From positions 1-61,579 of the forward strand of contig JAEOUG010000032.1 in the NCBI GenBank assembly GCA_016839445.1: DNA of 61,579 nt, given 5' to 3'. This document shows, piece after piece, positions 1-8,046 of the stretch (its first letter is position 1; each line of letters opens with the position of its first letter). Under the pieces are notes generated by a model. It had not been told where the DNA came from and made no database searches. It saw nothing but the letters and a program-made list of their open reading frames with translations. The stretch comes from Candidatus Thorarchaeota archaeon. GTDB taxonomy: Archaea; Asgardarchaeota; Thorarchaeia; Thorarchaeales; Thorarchaeaceae. The position numbers were made by a program, and so were the translations under genes.

Positions 1-413
1 CCAGCAAGAGCGAGTTGGTCATCTCGGATGAGGAGATCGACTACCCAAAGGTCCAAGCTCCCGACGTGTTCGTCGTTCTCAGCAGGGCAGCCTACCTCGA
101 GTACATCGATGGTCTGAAAGAGAATGGCACCCTGATTATAGATGAGGACCTCGTGGAGATAGAGAGCAAATTGCCAAAGGGTGTCAGGGTCTACAAAATC
201 CCTGCCACGAGAATCGCAGATCAAGAAGTGGGTAACAAACAGGCCACTAACGTTGTGATGCTGGGGGCCTTCTCTGCCATCACAGGCATGCTGTCACGAG
301 AGGGTATCAAGAGGAGAATCGAGGAACGCTGGCCAAGGTTTGTGAAGAGCAACCTACTCGCTCTCGAACTGGGCATGAAGGCAGGGGAAGCAGCTCTCGC
401 CGCCCAGAAGTAG
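1..413 (+). CDS. korC: 2-oxoacid:ferredoxin oxidoreductase gamma subunit, 5'-truncated by window edge
   Basis: Frame is open from the window start (SKSELVISDEEIDYPKV...IPATRIA...NVVMLGA...NLLALELG), typical of the KorC/PorG C-terminal part. Confidence 0.85.
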   Translation, partial: SKSELVISDEEIDYPKVQAPDVFVVLSRAAYLEYIDGLKENGTLIIDEDLVEIESKLPKGVRVYKIPATRIADQEVGNKQATNVVMLGAFSAITGMLSREGIKRRIEERWPRFVKSNLLALELGMKAGEAALAAQK

Positions 414-431
414 CGGTCATGGCGTCTAGGC

Positions 432-803
432 TCATTCCATAATCATGTCTTCCCTGCTTAGATAAGCCATCTCAAACTCGCCTGATAGCTCGAGAACGTT
501 TCGCGGACAGCTCTCTACACATTGGCCGCAGAGAATACATCTATCGAAGTGGCAGATGGGTCTGAAACCGGTCTTGGTCTGAACATCATCAGGTCGACAT
601 GCTATCATCTCAATCGCTTCAGCTGGACAGACACGCTCGCATATCTTGCAGCCAGTACAGGCATCAGGATGCTTGTACACCCACTTCCCTCTGAGTCCCT
701 CGGGTATGTTCAGCCCTTCCTTTGTGAAGGGGTAGAGGACTGTCGCCTGTTTCGACCTTGCGCTCTTGAGGAGTTCCCGTTCCATCTTTCCAAGTCGCGT
801 CAT
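432..803 (-). CDS. NuoI/MbhN-like 2x[4Fe-4S] subunit of membrane-bound hydrogenase
   Basis: TVLYPF...GLRGK, CTGCKICERVCP and CILCGQCVESCP. Start placed at ATG 803, after an SD-like GGAGTGG. Confidence 0.9.
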   Translation of the reverse strand: MTRLGKMERELLKSARSKQATVLYPFTKEGLNIPEGLRGKWVYKHPDACTGCKICERVCPAEAIEMIACRPDDVQTKTGFRPICHFDRCILCGQCVESCPRNVLELSGEFEMAYLSREDMIME

Positions 804-804
804 G

Positions 805-1863
805 TTAGACCACTCCAATGACAATCTGAATCACCACTAACCACGCCAAGGATAGCGGCACAATATACCTCCACGCTGCCCTGACTATTTGATCAATGCG
901 CCACCGTGCAAACAGAGTCCGCATGTTGCTCAACACCAGTATCACAAGTGCAGACTTGAAGATGAAGACCAGTGTGTAATAGATCCAGCCAATCCACGAC
1001 GTCGCCATAAGAAGCGCGAAGTCTTGAGAGAACAGAGGAAGGGGAATGTACTCCAGCAGGTAGGGCCCGCCCAAGAAGAGGGTTGTTGCAAGACCGGCAG
1101 CCGACACTAGCATGATATCCTCGGCCATGTGAATGACTGCAAGCTTCTTACCGCTGAACTCCACCTGCCATCCGTGTACTATCTCGGTTTCTGCGTGGCT
1201 GACATCAAAGGGAATCCTCTCGAGTTCCGCCTGAACCGAGATCAGGAAGACCACGAGCGGCACAAGCAAGAGCCACGAATAGAACGGAGATATGGTCCCC
1301 AACCTGCTTGAGATAGTGGAGATTCTAAGACTTCCCGTCAAGAGAGCGGGGGTAATGACTGAGAGGATAAGCGGTATCTCGAAACTGATGAGCAGCATAC
1401 CGGTTCGTGCTGCTCCGGTTTGACCAAACGGATTCGATGAGAAGTAACCCGCCAGCACAATCGTGAAGGCCATCATGGTAGAAATGAAGAGCACTAGGAG
1501 AAGGTCGCCCTCGAAGCTCAGAATGCCTTGAACACCCCCTTGAACCGGGTCGATGTCCACAATCGGCAGAAACATGCATGCCATGAGACTCATTATGAGC
1601 ATGACAACGGGAACAGCCGCGAAGCTACGCCTATCGGCCTTTGACGGAGTGAGGTCCTCCTTGCCCAAGAGCTTGAGGAAGTCCATGAGTGGTTGAAGGA
1701 TCCCACGCCAACCTGTGTGAAGGGGACCCATCCTGTTCTGTAGTCGTGCATAGAACTTGCGGTCAAGCCACTCCCATAGCAGTGCCAAGAACGTGATGAA
1801 GAATATGCCAGGGAAGACCAGAACCCAGAAGATATGGGTTAGGGCTATGAAGACAAGTTCCAT
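805..1863 (-). CDS. NuoH/MbhM-like membrane subunit
   Basis: DRKFYARLQNRMGP...QPLMDFLKLLGKE and ERIPFD..AETEIVHG..VEFSG; about 8 hydrophobic segments. Start moved to ATG 1863. Confidence 0.92.
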   Translation of the reverse strand: MELVFIALTHIFWVLVFPGIFFITFLALLWEWLDRKFYARLQNRMGPLHTGWRGILQPLMDFLKLLGKEDLTPSKADRRSFAAVPVVMLIMSLMACMFLPIVDIDPVQGGVQGILSFEGDLLLVLFISTMMAFTIVLAGYFSSNPFGQTGAARTGMLLISFEIPLILSVITPALLTGSLRISTISSRLGTISPFYSWLLLVPLVVFLISVQAELERIPFDVSHAETEIVHGWQVEFSGKKLAVIHMAEDIMLVSAAGLATTLFLGGPYLLEYIPLPLFSQDFALLMATSWIGWIYYTLVFIFKSALVILVLSNMRTLFARWRIDQIVRAAWRYIVPLSLAWLVVIQIVIGVV

Positions 1864-1876
1864 GATTGCCTGCACT

Positions 1877-3121
1877 TCACGCGACTCTCCTTGGGTTCTC
1901 GGAGTGCCAACGATTGGCTCGTACCCGCATCTCATCAAGTGGAACTAGCTGGATTGAGGAGTCTTCAGCATCAACAATGACAACTCTGTCGGTGCAGCTG
2001 AAGCAGGGATCGATGGCTGCAAGAATGATGGGAGCATCGGCAAGGTAGTTGCCGCGGAGACAATGGGACATTGACACCCAGTTTGCATGAGTTGGCGCCC
2101 GAACCTTGATTCTGTAGGGCTTGTCGGAGTCGCCACCCGCACCGTCGCCAGTCACAAGGTAATGCACGCACTCCCCGCGTGGTGCTTCATACCTTGCCAG
2201 TATCTCATTTGGCTGGATTCTCGGACGGACCCTCTCGCGTATGGCACCATCAGGAAGGTTGTCCAGCATCCACCTGCACATCCTGATTGTCTCTAGCGTT
2301 TCTTGGACCCTCACAATGGCCCGACCTGCCACATCACACCGGTCTGAGAGAACCATTTCGAAATCGCCCGAATCGACAATATTGACATATGCTTGAGTGG
2401 GATCATTGAATCGGACATCAACAGGCACATTGCTTCCTCTTGCCGTGGGACCTACTGCACCATGGGTCTTTGCGATATCAGTTTCTAGAATGCCAACTCC
2501 GTCCACTCTGTTCCAGAAAGTCTTCTCCTGAATCGCCACATCCCGATAGTAGAGGGTGCGCTCTTCCAGTTTGTCAAGGCCCTTTCGGGTTCGGTGAATG
2601 AGCGCATCGGTTACATCGCGCCGAACACCGCCAATGGTGTTGAAATCGTAGTTGACTCGGTTCCCTGAGAGATCCTCGAGGATGTCCATGACAACCTCGC
2701 GGTCTCGCCATGAGTACATGAATGCAGTATCAAAGCCCACTTCATGGAAGGCGACACCCAACCAGAGAAGGTGAGAGTGTATTCTCTCAAGTTCCCAGAC
2801 GAGAGTCCGGAGGAATCTTGCTCGCTCAGGAATCTCAATCTCCGCTGCATACTCGACTGCCTGTGCGTAATTACCGTTGTGCGTTGCCGAGCAGATGCCG
2901 CAGATTCGAGCCATGAGATACAAGTTCTGAAGATGCGTATTGCCTTCGGCAATCTTCTCGATGCCTCGATGGTTGTACCCAATGTTCACTTCTGCGTCGA
3001 CTATCCGCTCGCCTTCGACGGTCAGTTTGAACATGCCTGGCTCTTTCAGTGCAGGGTGCTGAGGGCCTATGGGAATAGATACTCGTGGGGGCACCACAAT
3101 CCGACGGTCAGGTTCAGTCAC
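1877..3121 (-). CDS. Group 4 [NiFe]-hydrogenase large subunit (NuoD-like)
   Basis: IGPQHPALKEP and GYNHRGIEK. Intact Ni-binding motifs RICGIC and DPCFSCTDR, plus a C-terminal extension. Confidence 0.93.
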   Translation of the reverse strand: MTEPDRRIVVPPRVSIPIGPQHPALKEPGMFKLTVEGERIVDAEVNIGYNHRGIEKIAEGNTHLQNLYLMARICGICSATHNGNYAQAVEYAAEIEIPERARFLRTLVWELERIHSHLLWLGVAFHEVGFDTAFMYSWRDREVVMDILEDLSGNRVNYDFNTIGGVRRDVTDALIHRTRKGLDKLEERTLYYRDVAIQEKTFWNRVDGVGILETDIAKTHGAVGPTARGSNVPVDVRFNDPTQAYVNIVDSGDFEMVLSDRCDVAGRAIVRVQETLETIRMCRWMLDNLPDGAIRERVRPRIQPNEILARYEAPRGECVHYLVTGDGAGGDSDKPYRIKVRAPTHANWVSMSHCLRGNYLADAPIILAAIDPCFSCTDRVVIVDAEDSSIQLVPLDEMRVRANRWHSENPRRVA

Positions 3122-3122
3122 T

Positions 3123-3692
3123 CTAGAGTTCCTCCTTTGGTTTTGCCCCAGTAGTCTTCGAGCGCTGCATCAGCCCTCGAGGGTCTGCCCAGTCCTTTCG
3201 CATCGGGTACTCATCCTTCGGCCAGTTCTCGGGAAGCTCAACACGCCGTACGTTGGGATGACCCGTAGGAATCATGCCAAAGAGCTCTCTCAGCTCGTTC
3301 TCGACAAACTCCGCCGCTGGCACCAGTGTTGTAAGAGAGGGATACACTGGTTTGTCCCTAGGTACTGAAACACGAAATGTGATGGCAATCTTCTCTTTGC
3401 TAAGAACGAAGTGGTAGCAAGCCTGCAGGTCATCGCCGAGGTCTCTTCCGGAGAGTGTCGAGAACTGCCACATGTCGTGTGTTTCCTGCATATACTGAAT
3501 GACTTCTCTAATCCGATCAGGCACAACCTCGACGAATATGCGTCTGGGCTGAGAATGAACATAAGTCCCCTCATCAATGACTGCATCACCCAGGTCGTCT
3601 CTGATTCTCTTGAGTATCCTGAATTCGTTCTTGTGTGCGTCATCTTCAGGTGCTGGATGATGCTCGCTGACTGGTTCTGCAGGCCTGCTCAT
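3123..3692 (-). CDS. NuoC/MbhK-like subunit
   Basis: PSLT..VPAAEFVENELRELFGM..TGHPN.RR..LPENWP..YPMRKD. Confidence 0.9.
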   Translation of the reverse strand: MSRPAEPVSEHHPAPEDDAHKNEFRILKRIRDDLGDAVIDEGTYVHSQPRRIFVEVVPDRIREVIQYMQETHDMWQFSTLSGRDLGDDLQACYHFVLSKEKIAITFRVSVPRDKPVYPSLTTLVPAAEFVENELRELFGMIPTGHPNVRRVELPENWPKDEYPMRKDWADPRGLMQRSKTTGAKPKEEL

Positions 3693-4189
3693 ACCTCTGC
3701 AGCCTCCTCAGGTGCCTTCTCTGCTTCCTTGATTTCTGAAACACCGAGCTGCTCGGAGAGAACCTCAAGCAACTTGTATGCCCCATATGTAATGGCAGAT
3801 GGCTTAGGTGGGCATCCTGGTACGTAGGCCGTGACCGGAATTGCCTGGTCAACTCCTCCGAGTACATTGTAACCTCCTCTGAAGACGCCGCCGCTACACG
3901 CGCAGGATCCGACTGCGACAACGAACTTGGGTTCTGCCATCTGTTCGTATATCTTCTGAAGACGGGGCTTGATCTGCTCAGTGACCGGACCTGTGCAAAG
4001 CATGATATCGGCATGCCGCGGGCTCCCCACAAGCTTCACACCAAACCTCTCCAAGTCCAGACGCGGCATGAGGGCTGCGATTATCTCGATGTCACACCCA
4101 TTGCAGCTACCGCTGTTGAAGTGGAAGACGTACGGGGACTTGACACGGGCCTTGTTGATCAATCGTTGGAGGAATCCCATATTGCACAC
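3689..4189 (-). CDS. Hydrogenase small subunit (NuoB/MbhJ-like)
   Basis: GSCNGCDIE, SPRHAD, AVGSCACSGG, YVPGCPP. The CxxC spacing is hydrogenase-type, not the CC of complex I. Confidence 0.93.
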   Translation of the reverse strand: MCNMGFLQRLINKARVKSPYVFHFNSGSCNGCDIEIIAALMPRLDLERFGVKLVGSPRHADIMLCTGPVTEQIKPRLQKIYEQMAEPKFVVAVGSCACSGGVFRGGYNVLGGVDQAIPVTAYVPGCPPKPSAITYGAYKLLEVLSEQLGVSEIKEAEKAPEEAAEV

Positions 4190-4191
4190 TC

Positions 4192-4521
4192 CTACTCATT
4201 TCTTGGGGCCACTGACACATATGCGGCGGCCACTAGTGCGATGACCAAGTAGGCGACCACAATCAATCCAGTGTTCCCCCAGGACAGGAAGAGGATGAAT
4301 CCGACAATGTCGAAGAGCATGAAATAGAGCGCGTAGCTGAAGAGCTCAAGGTTGAACTGAACCTTCCCTCCCAAGAAGGCAGGCTCTCCGCAGGCATATG
4401 ATTCTACAGCTCCGCCGGTCCGGCGAGCACTTGGAGCCACAGACCTGCCAATGTATAGTAGGATTGCTGCGAAGAGCAAACTGAGGAGCATGACAAGCGC
4501 CAACCCAACTACTACGTCCAA
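4192..4521 (-). CDS. NuoA-like 3-TM subunit
   Basis: Three hydrophobic segments with loop YACGE and FMLFDIV, resembling NuoA YECG/FDxE. TTG start preceded by GAAGGTGA. Confidence 0.8.
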   Translation of the reverse strand: MDVVVGLALVMLLSLLFAAILLYIGRSVAPSARRTGGAVESYACGEPAFLGGKVQFNLELFSYALYFMLFDIVGFILFLSWGNTGLIVVAYLVIALVAAAYVSVAPRNE

Positions 4522-4542
4522 GCTCTATCACCTTCGAGTCCG

Positions 4543-4584
4543 CGGGCCTGCAATCTGTTAATATTCTTGATGATTGCGGACCCG
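4543..4584. promoter_or_regulatory. Imperfect 13-bp inverted repeat flanking AT-rich TATA-like core upstream of hydrogenase operon
   Basis: CGGGCCTGCAATC-(TGTTAATATTCTTGAT)-GATTGCGGACCCG. Minus-strand AATATTAA lies about 40 nt before the nuoA-like start. Confidence 0.45.
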
Positions 4585-4643
4585 TTTGCTTGTTCGTAGT
4601 CAGAGGCTTTTATTGTTGGTATAGGGCCAAGAACCAGCCCCAC

Positions 4644-5423
4644 TCAGTCCTCATTGAAGCTCAGCGCCGCAGCGCCAATGGCCCCTGTGAACTGAGGCAA
4701 ATCGGGCATCCAGAGAGTCACACCAAGATGATCCGACAGGTGTTTCCTAAACGCAGGATTCAGAGCAACGCCTCCGGTCACACAGACTGGCTCAACGACA
4801 CCCACACGCTTTGCGAGTGACCCAATCTTGGCGCTCATCGACATGTGAATCCCCGCTGCGATGTCTTCCGGACTCATGCCAGCCCCGATGTGTCCAATGA
4901 CCTCAGACTCCGCAAAGACCGTGCAAGTGCTGCTGATGGTGCAGGGGTTGTCAGACTTCAGCGCGAGTGGTCCGAGTTCGTCGATCGAGACCTCAAGAAC
5001 CCTCGCCATTACATCCAGAAATCTCCCGGTGCCAGCTGAGCATTTGTCATTCAGCTCGAAGTCCTCAGGGCGTCCATTTGACCCGAGGCGGATGACCTTG
5101 GAGTCCTGACCTCCGACATCGACTATGAATCTAATGGCCGGATTGATGGAGTGGACTCCGACGGCATGACAGGTGATTTCGGTCACTGACTTGGTGGCAC
5201 CTTCAACCTGCTTCCTACCGTATCCTGTGCTCACCACAGGTACTGACTCAATTGATTGGCCTGCCTCAGTTTCTATCTCACGAAGAACCTTCTGTATCGC
5301 ATCTACAGCTGAGGCTCCAGTCTGCACTAGTGACTTCGCCAGAACTGAGAATCCGGCATCTACTAGGACACCCTTGGTGGTAGTCGAGCCCACATCGAGT
5401 CCAATGCCAGTCTTCCTGCTCAC
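4644..5423 (-). CDS. 2-hydroxyacyl-CoA dehydratase activator (HgdC/BcrAD-type ASKHA ATPase)
   Basis: GLDVGSTTTK, STGYGR, DVGGQDSK, NDKCSAGTGRFL, ISSTCTVFAESE, GAIGAA. Confidence 0.93.
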   Translation of the reverse strand: MSRKTGIGLDVGSTTTKGVLVDAGFSVLAKSLVQTGASAVDAIQKVLREIETEAGQSIESVPVVSTGYGRKQVEGATKSVTEITCHAVGVHSINPAIRFIVDVGGQDSKVIRLGSNGRPEDFELNDKCSAGTGRFLDVMARVLEVSIDELGPLALKSDNPCTISSTCTVFAESEVIGHIGAGMSPEDIAAGIHMSMSAKIGSLAKRVGVVEPVCVTGGVALNPAFRKHLSDHLGVTLWMPDLPQFTGAIGAAALSFNED

Positions 5424-5435
5424 ATGTTCCTCCTC

Positions 5436-6650
5436 CTAGACGAGCATCTCAAGGAGTGCTTCAATCCGGGTATCAATCTGTGCCATGCTGAATACTCGAG
5501 AATCCACCATGTCACCTTCCACAACGACGCCGGGTACCCCAGTACGTTCGGTGACAAGTTCCTTTGATACGAGCTGACCAAGCGAATAGCGCTTGCATGA
5601 CCTCACTGAGAACATGACGAATCCATCCAGATTGTAGTCCTTGATGAGCTCACACATCTTGTCCACCTTAGCTTCCAGACCCTTGTTGAGGTAGACGTTC
5701 GAGTAGATTGTCGCCACGCTGTCGAAGAGATCATCACCCTGGATGGAGCCGGACCAGGCGTGCGTGTAGGTATCAGCAGGGAAGACTACACCTCTCGCCG
5801 CCAGCCCATTGAAGAACTTGAAGATTGCGTGCCATGGAGGAATGTTGTCCCAGAGGAGCCGCACCTTCTCATCGCGGATTGCCCCCAGCCCCTCTTTGAC
5901 TCGCATCTGAACCTCGTCAAGCAAGGTCTGGTAGAAGTCTATGATGTGCTCAGTACCCCTCATTGACACCACAGGCGCCATCGCCAAGAATCTATCTGCG
6001 CAGTTGAGGGGAGAGGGCGTCGACTTACACGCCTCAAGTGACTGTGTCCAAAGTCCGATGGCCTTGGAGGAGAGTTCAGCTGTTTCCCTCAGCTTGTCCT
6101 CCTCAAGTGATGTATTGAAGGTCCGAGATAGGAAGTCGACGAGCTTTGTGATGCCTCTCTTCACGTATTCCTTGTGGTGTGGGGGTTGGCCGTTCTCCAA
6201 TGGAGGCGTGTCAAAGAGATGGACGGGAGCTCCAGTGATTTCAGAAACAGCGTCATACCATCGTAGAACCGTTCCGCAGATGTTGTTACATGCCAAGAGT
6301 GCTTGGGGCGGCGGCATGCCATCCATTGGGCTCTCTTCTGGCTTCAGGGCAGAACCGATTCCAGCTCGCGCATAGGAGCACAACTCCTGAGAGTAGCCAA
6401 TGTCCTCTGCGAACCCGCAAATCATCGGCCCGACCTTCTGAGAACCGACGACAGCTCCGTATTGCTCTGGGTAGCTCACGCCAACGCCCATAGCAACGGG
6501 GATTTCAACCGGAAAGCCGGACGTCACCCACGCAAGACGCCCTTCTTCGCTCGCTGCATGGCCCTCGAGCATGTATCTAAACATGATTTGCTGGAGAAGC
6601 GAGTTCGACTCCAATTGACGGTATACCTTCTCTTCCTTGCCACTGCTCAT
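5436..6650 (-). CDS. 2-hydroxyacyl-CoA dehydratase / benzoyl-CoA reductase subunit (HgdA/BcrB family)
   Basis: AWVTSGFPVEI..AMG..YPE, GYSQELCSYAR, NNIC, SCK, EGDMVD, TRIEALLE. Confidence 0.88.
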   Translation of the reverse strand: MSSGKEEKVYRQLESNSLLQQIMFRYMLEGHAASEEGRLAWVTSGFPVEIPVAMGVGVSYPEQYGAVVGSQKVGPMICGFAEDIGYSQELCSYARAGIGSALKPEESPMDGMPPPQALLACNNICGTVLRWYDAVSEITGAPVHLFDTPPLENGQPPHHKEYVKRGITKLVDFLSRTFNTSLEEDKLRETAELSSKAIGLWTQSLEACKSTPSPLNCADRFLAMAPVVSMRGTEHIIDFYQTLLDEVQMRVKEGLGAIRDEKVRLLWDNIPPWHAIFKFFNGLAARGVVFPADTYTHAWSGSIQGDDLFDSVATIYSNVYLNKGLEAKVDKMCELIKDYNLDGFVMFSVRSCKRYSLGQLVSKELVTERTGVPGVVVEGDMVDSRVFSMAQIDTRIEALLEMLV

Positions 6651-7873
6651 CTGGTCCTGCCTCCTCCCTCTTCTAGTGACTCCAAGAAGCTCTGAATCCG
6701 AACCTCCATCCTAGCACGATCGCTCAGCTCAGGGTCAATTGGGACTCTCGTGGTGCGAACCTGCGCCTCTCTGCACGAGTGCTCTATCGAAGGAGCCTCG
6801 AACTGGTCTGGGTCGCAGAAGGACTGCTCGAAGATGATGACTCCGTCAATGCGTAGATACCTAGCAAGATCTGTGAGAAAGCGGACCCTTCCTCTCAGCC
6901 CCTCCTGTGTGGGTTCCCCTGGGGCAGAGAGTATTGACGCTGCCATCTGACGGAATGGGTCTTCTGTGGAATCAATGTTCCTGGTGAAGACTGACTTGAA
7001 GCCAAAAGACAGAAGATCCACAACAATGATTGTATCTGTGACAGAAGGGATTCCGTTTACCAATGCACTGATGGACTCCGGCTCAACCATTCCCCCAGCG
7101 ACGAGAATCCTCGGACCTTCTCCGAGGGGCTCTATCGGAGTGGCGGGCAAGCTGCGGGCCTCTAATGCCTGCTGTATCTCTTCGACCGATGTGAGTATAC
7201 CCGAGTCATCCAGGCTATTCCGAATGTCATTCATTGTGTTGTGTACGTCTGAAACCGAAGAAACGGTTGGCGCAGTCAAGAAGCTCCTGATGAGTCGGGC
7301 CACCTGAGAGTACGCTATCACATCTGGTTGTGCCGCCCGGGCAGCATAGATGAATCTGGCTGCATCTCGGAACTGGTTCACCATCGCGACAGCTCGTTCG
7401 AATGCTTGTAGAGAGAATCGACGGTTGAAGTAGCTCCCAATCCTATCGCTCAGGAGCCTAATCTCCTCTGTAAGGAATTCGATGGCTGCATCCGTGTCAG
7501 GATCTCCGTAGGAAACCGGGTATGTAAGACGAAGCAGTCGGTCATCAGGGAATCGGACCGTCCAGACATCGGATACATTCTGAAGGGAGTCACACGTGTT
7601 GCTGGGAAAGAGAATCCCAGCCAAGGGGCCCGCCTGATCATCTTCTCTAAGGCTGTAGAGGTTCCGGACATACGAACACGCGAACGTCTGAAGGCTAGCC
7701 TCGTATCCGCTGGGCACTCCTGGTACTGCCCTTAGGAGTGATGGGACCATGCCGTGTGCCAATATCAGCTCCAATGGAGTGTGAGGATATATGTACCCGA
7801 TGACCTCTTGTCCTGTTTCCGCCAGCTGCCGAAGACTGCCAGCAGACTGCTCAATGACTCCATGATTAGCCAA
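6647..7873 (-). CDS. 2-hydroxyacyl-CoA dehydratase / benzoyl-CoA reductase subunit (HgdB/BcrC family)
   Basis: GYIYPHTPLELILAHG, FACSYV, NTCD, FCDP, RIQSFLE; 4-bp overlap with the next gene. Confidence 0.85.
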   Translation of the reverse strand: MANHGVIEQSAGSLRQLAETGQEVIGYIYPHTPLELILAHGMVPSLLRAVPGVPSGYEASLQTFACSYVRNLYSLREDDQAGPLAGILFPSNTCDSLQNVSDVWTVRFPDDRLLRLTYPVSYGDPDTDAAIEFLTEEIRLLSDRIGSYFNRRFSLQAFERAVAMVNQFRDAARFIYAARAAQPDVIAYSQVARLIRSFLTAPTVSSVSDVHNTMNDIRNSLDDSGILTSVEEIQQALEARSLPATPIEPLGEGPRILVAGGMVEPESISALVNGIPSVTDTIIVVDLLSFGFKSVFTRNIDSTEDPFRQMAASILSAPGEPTQEGLRGRVRFLTDLARYLRIDGVIIFEQSFCDPDQFEAPSIEHSCREAQVRTTRVPIDPELSDRARMEVRIQSFLESLEEGGGRTR

Positions 7874-8046
7874 GTGTTCTCCCTCTTCTAATGAGAGTCC
7901 TAATGCTCAACAACCCGCAAATCCCATCTTATTTCTTATGCCCAGACGCGGGGAAGGACATATCAGGTACGATTGCTGTTACTTCCAGTTACACCTCAAT
8001 CACATCTGAGAGAGATTCTGAATTAAAGAAGGAGAGGAGCAAACAC

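Noticed and set aside
432-4521. True respiratory complex I (Nuo/Fpo) operon
   Set aside because: The D subunit keeps both [NiFe]-binding CxxC motifs and the B subunit has hydrogenase-type CxxC.
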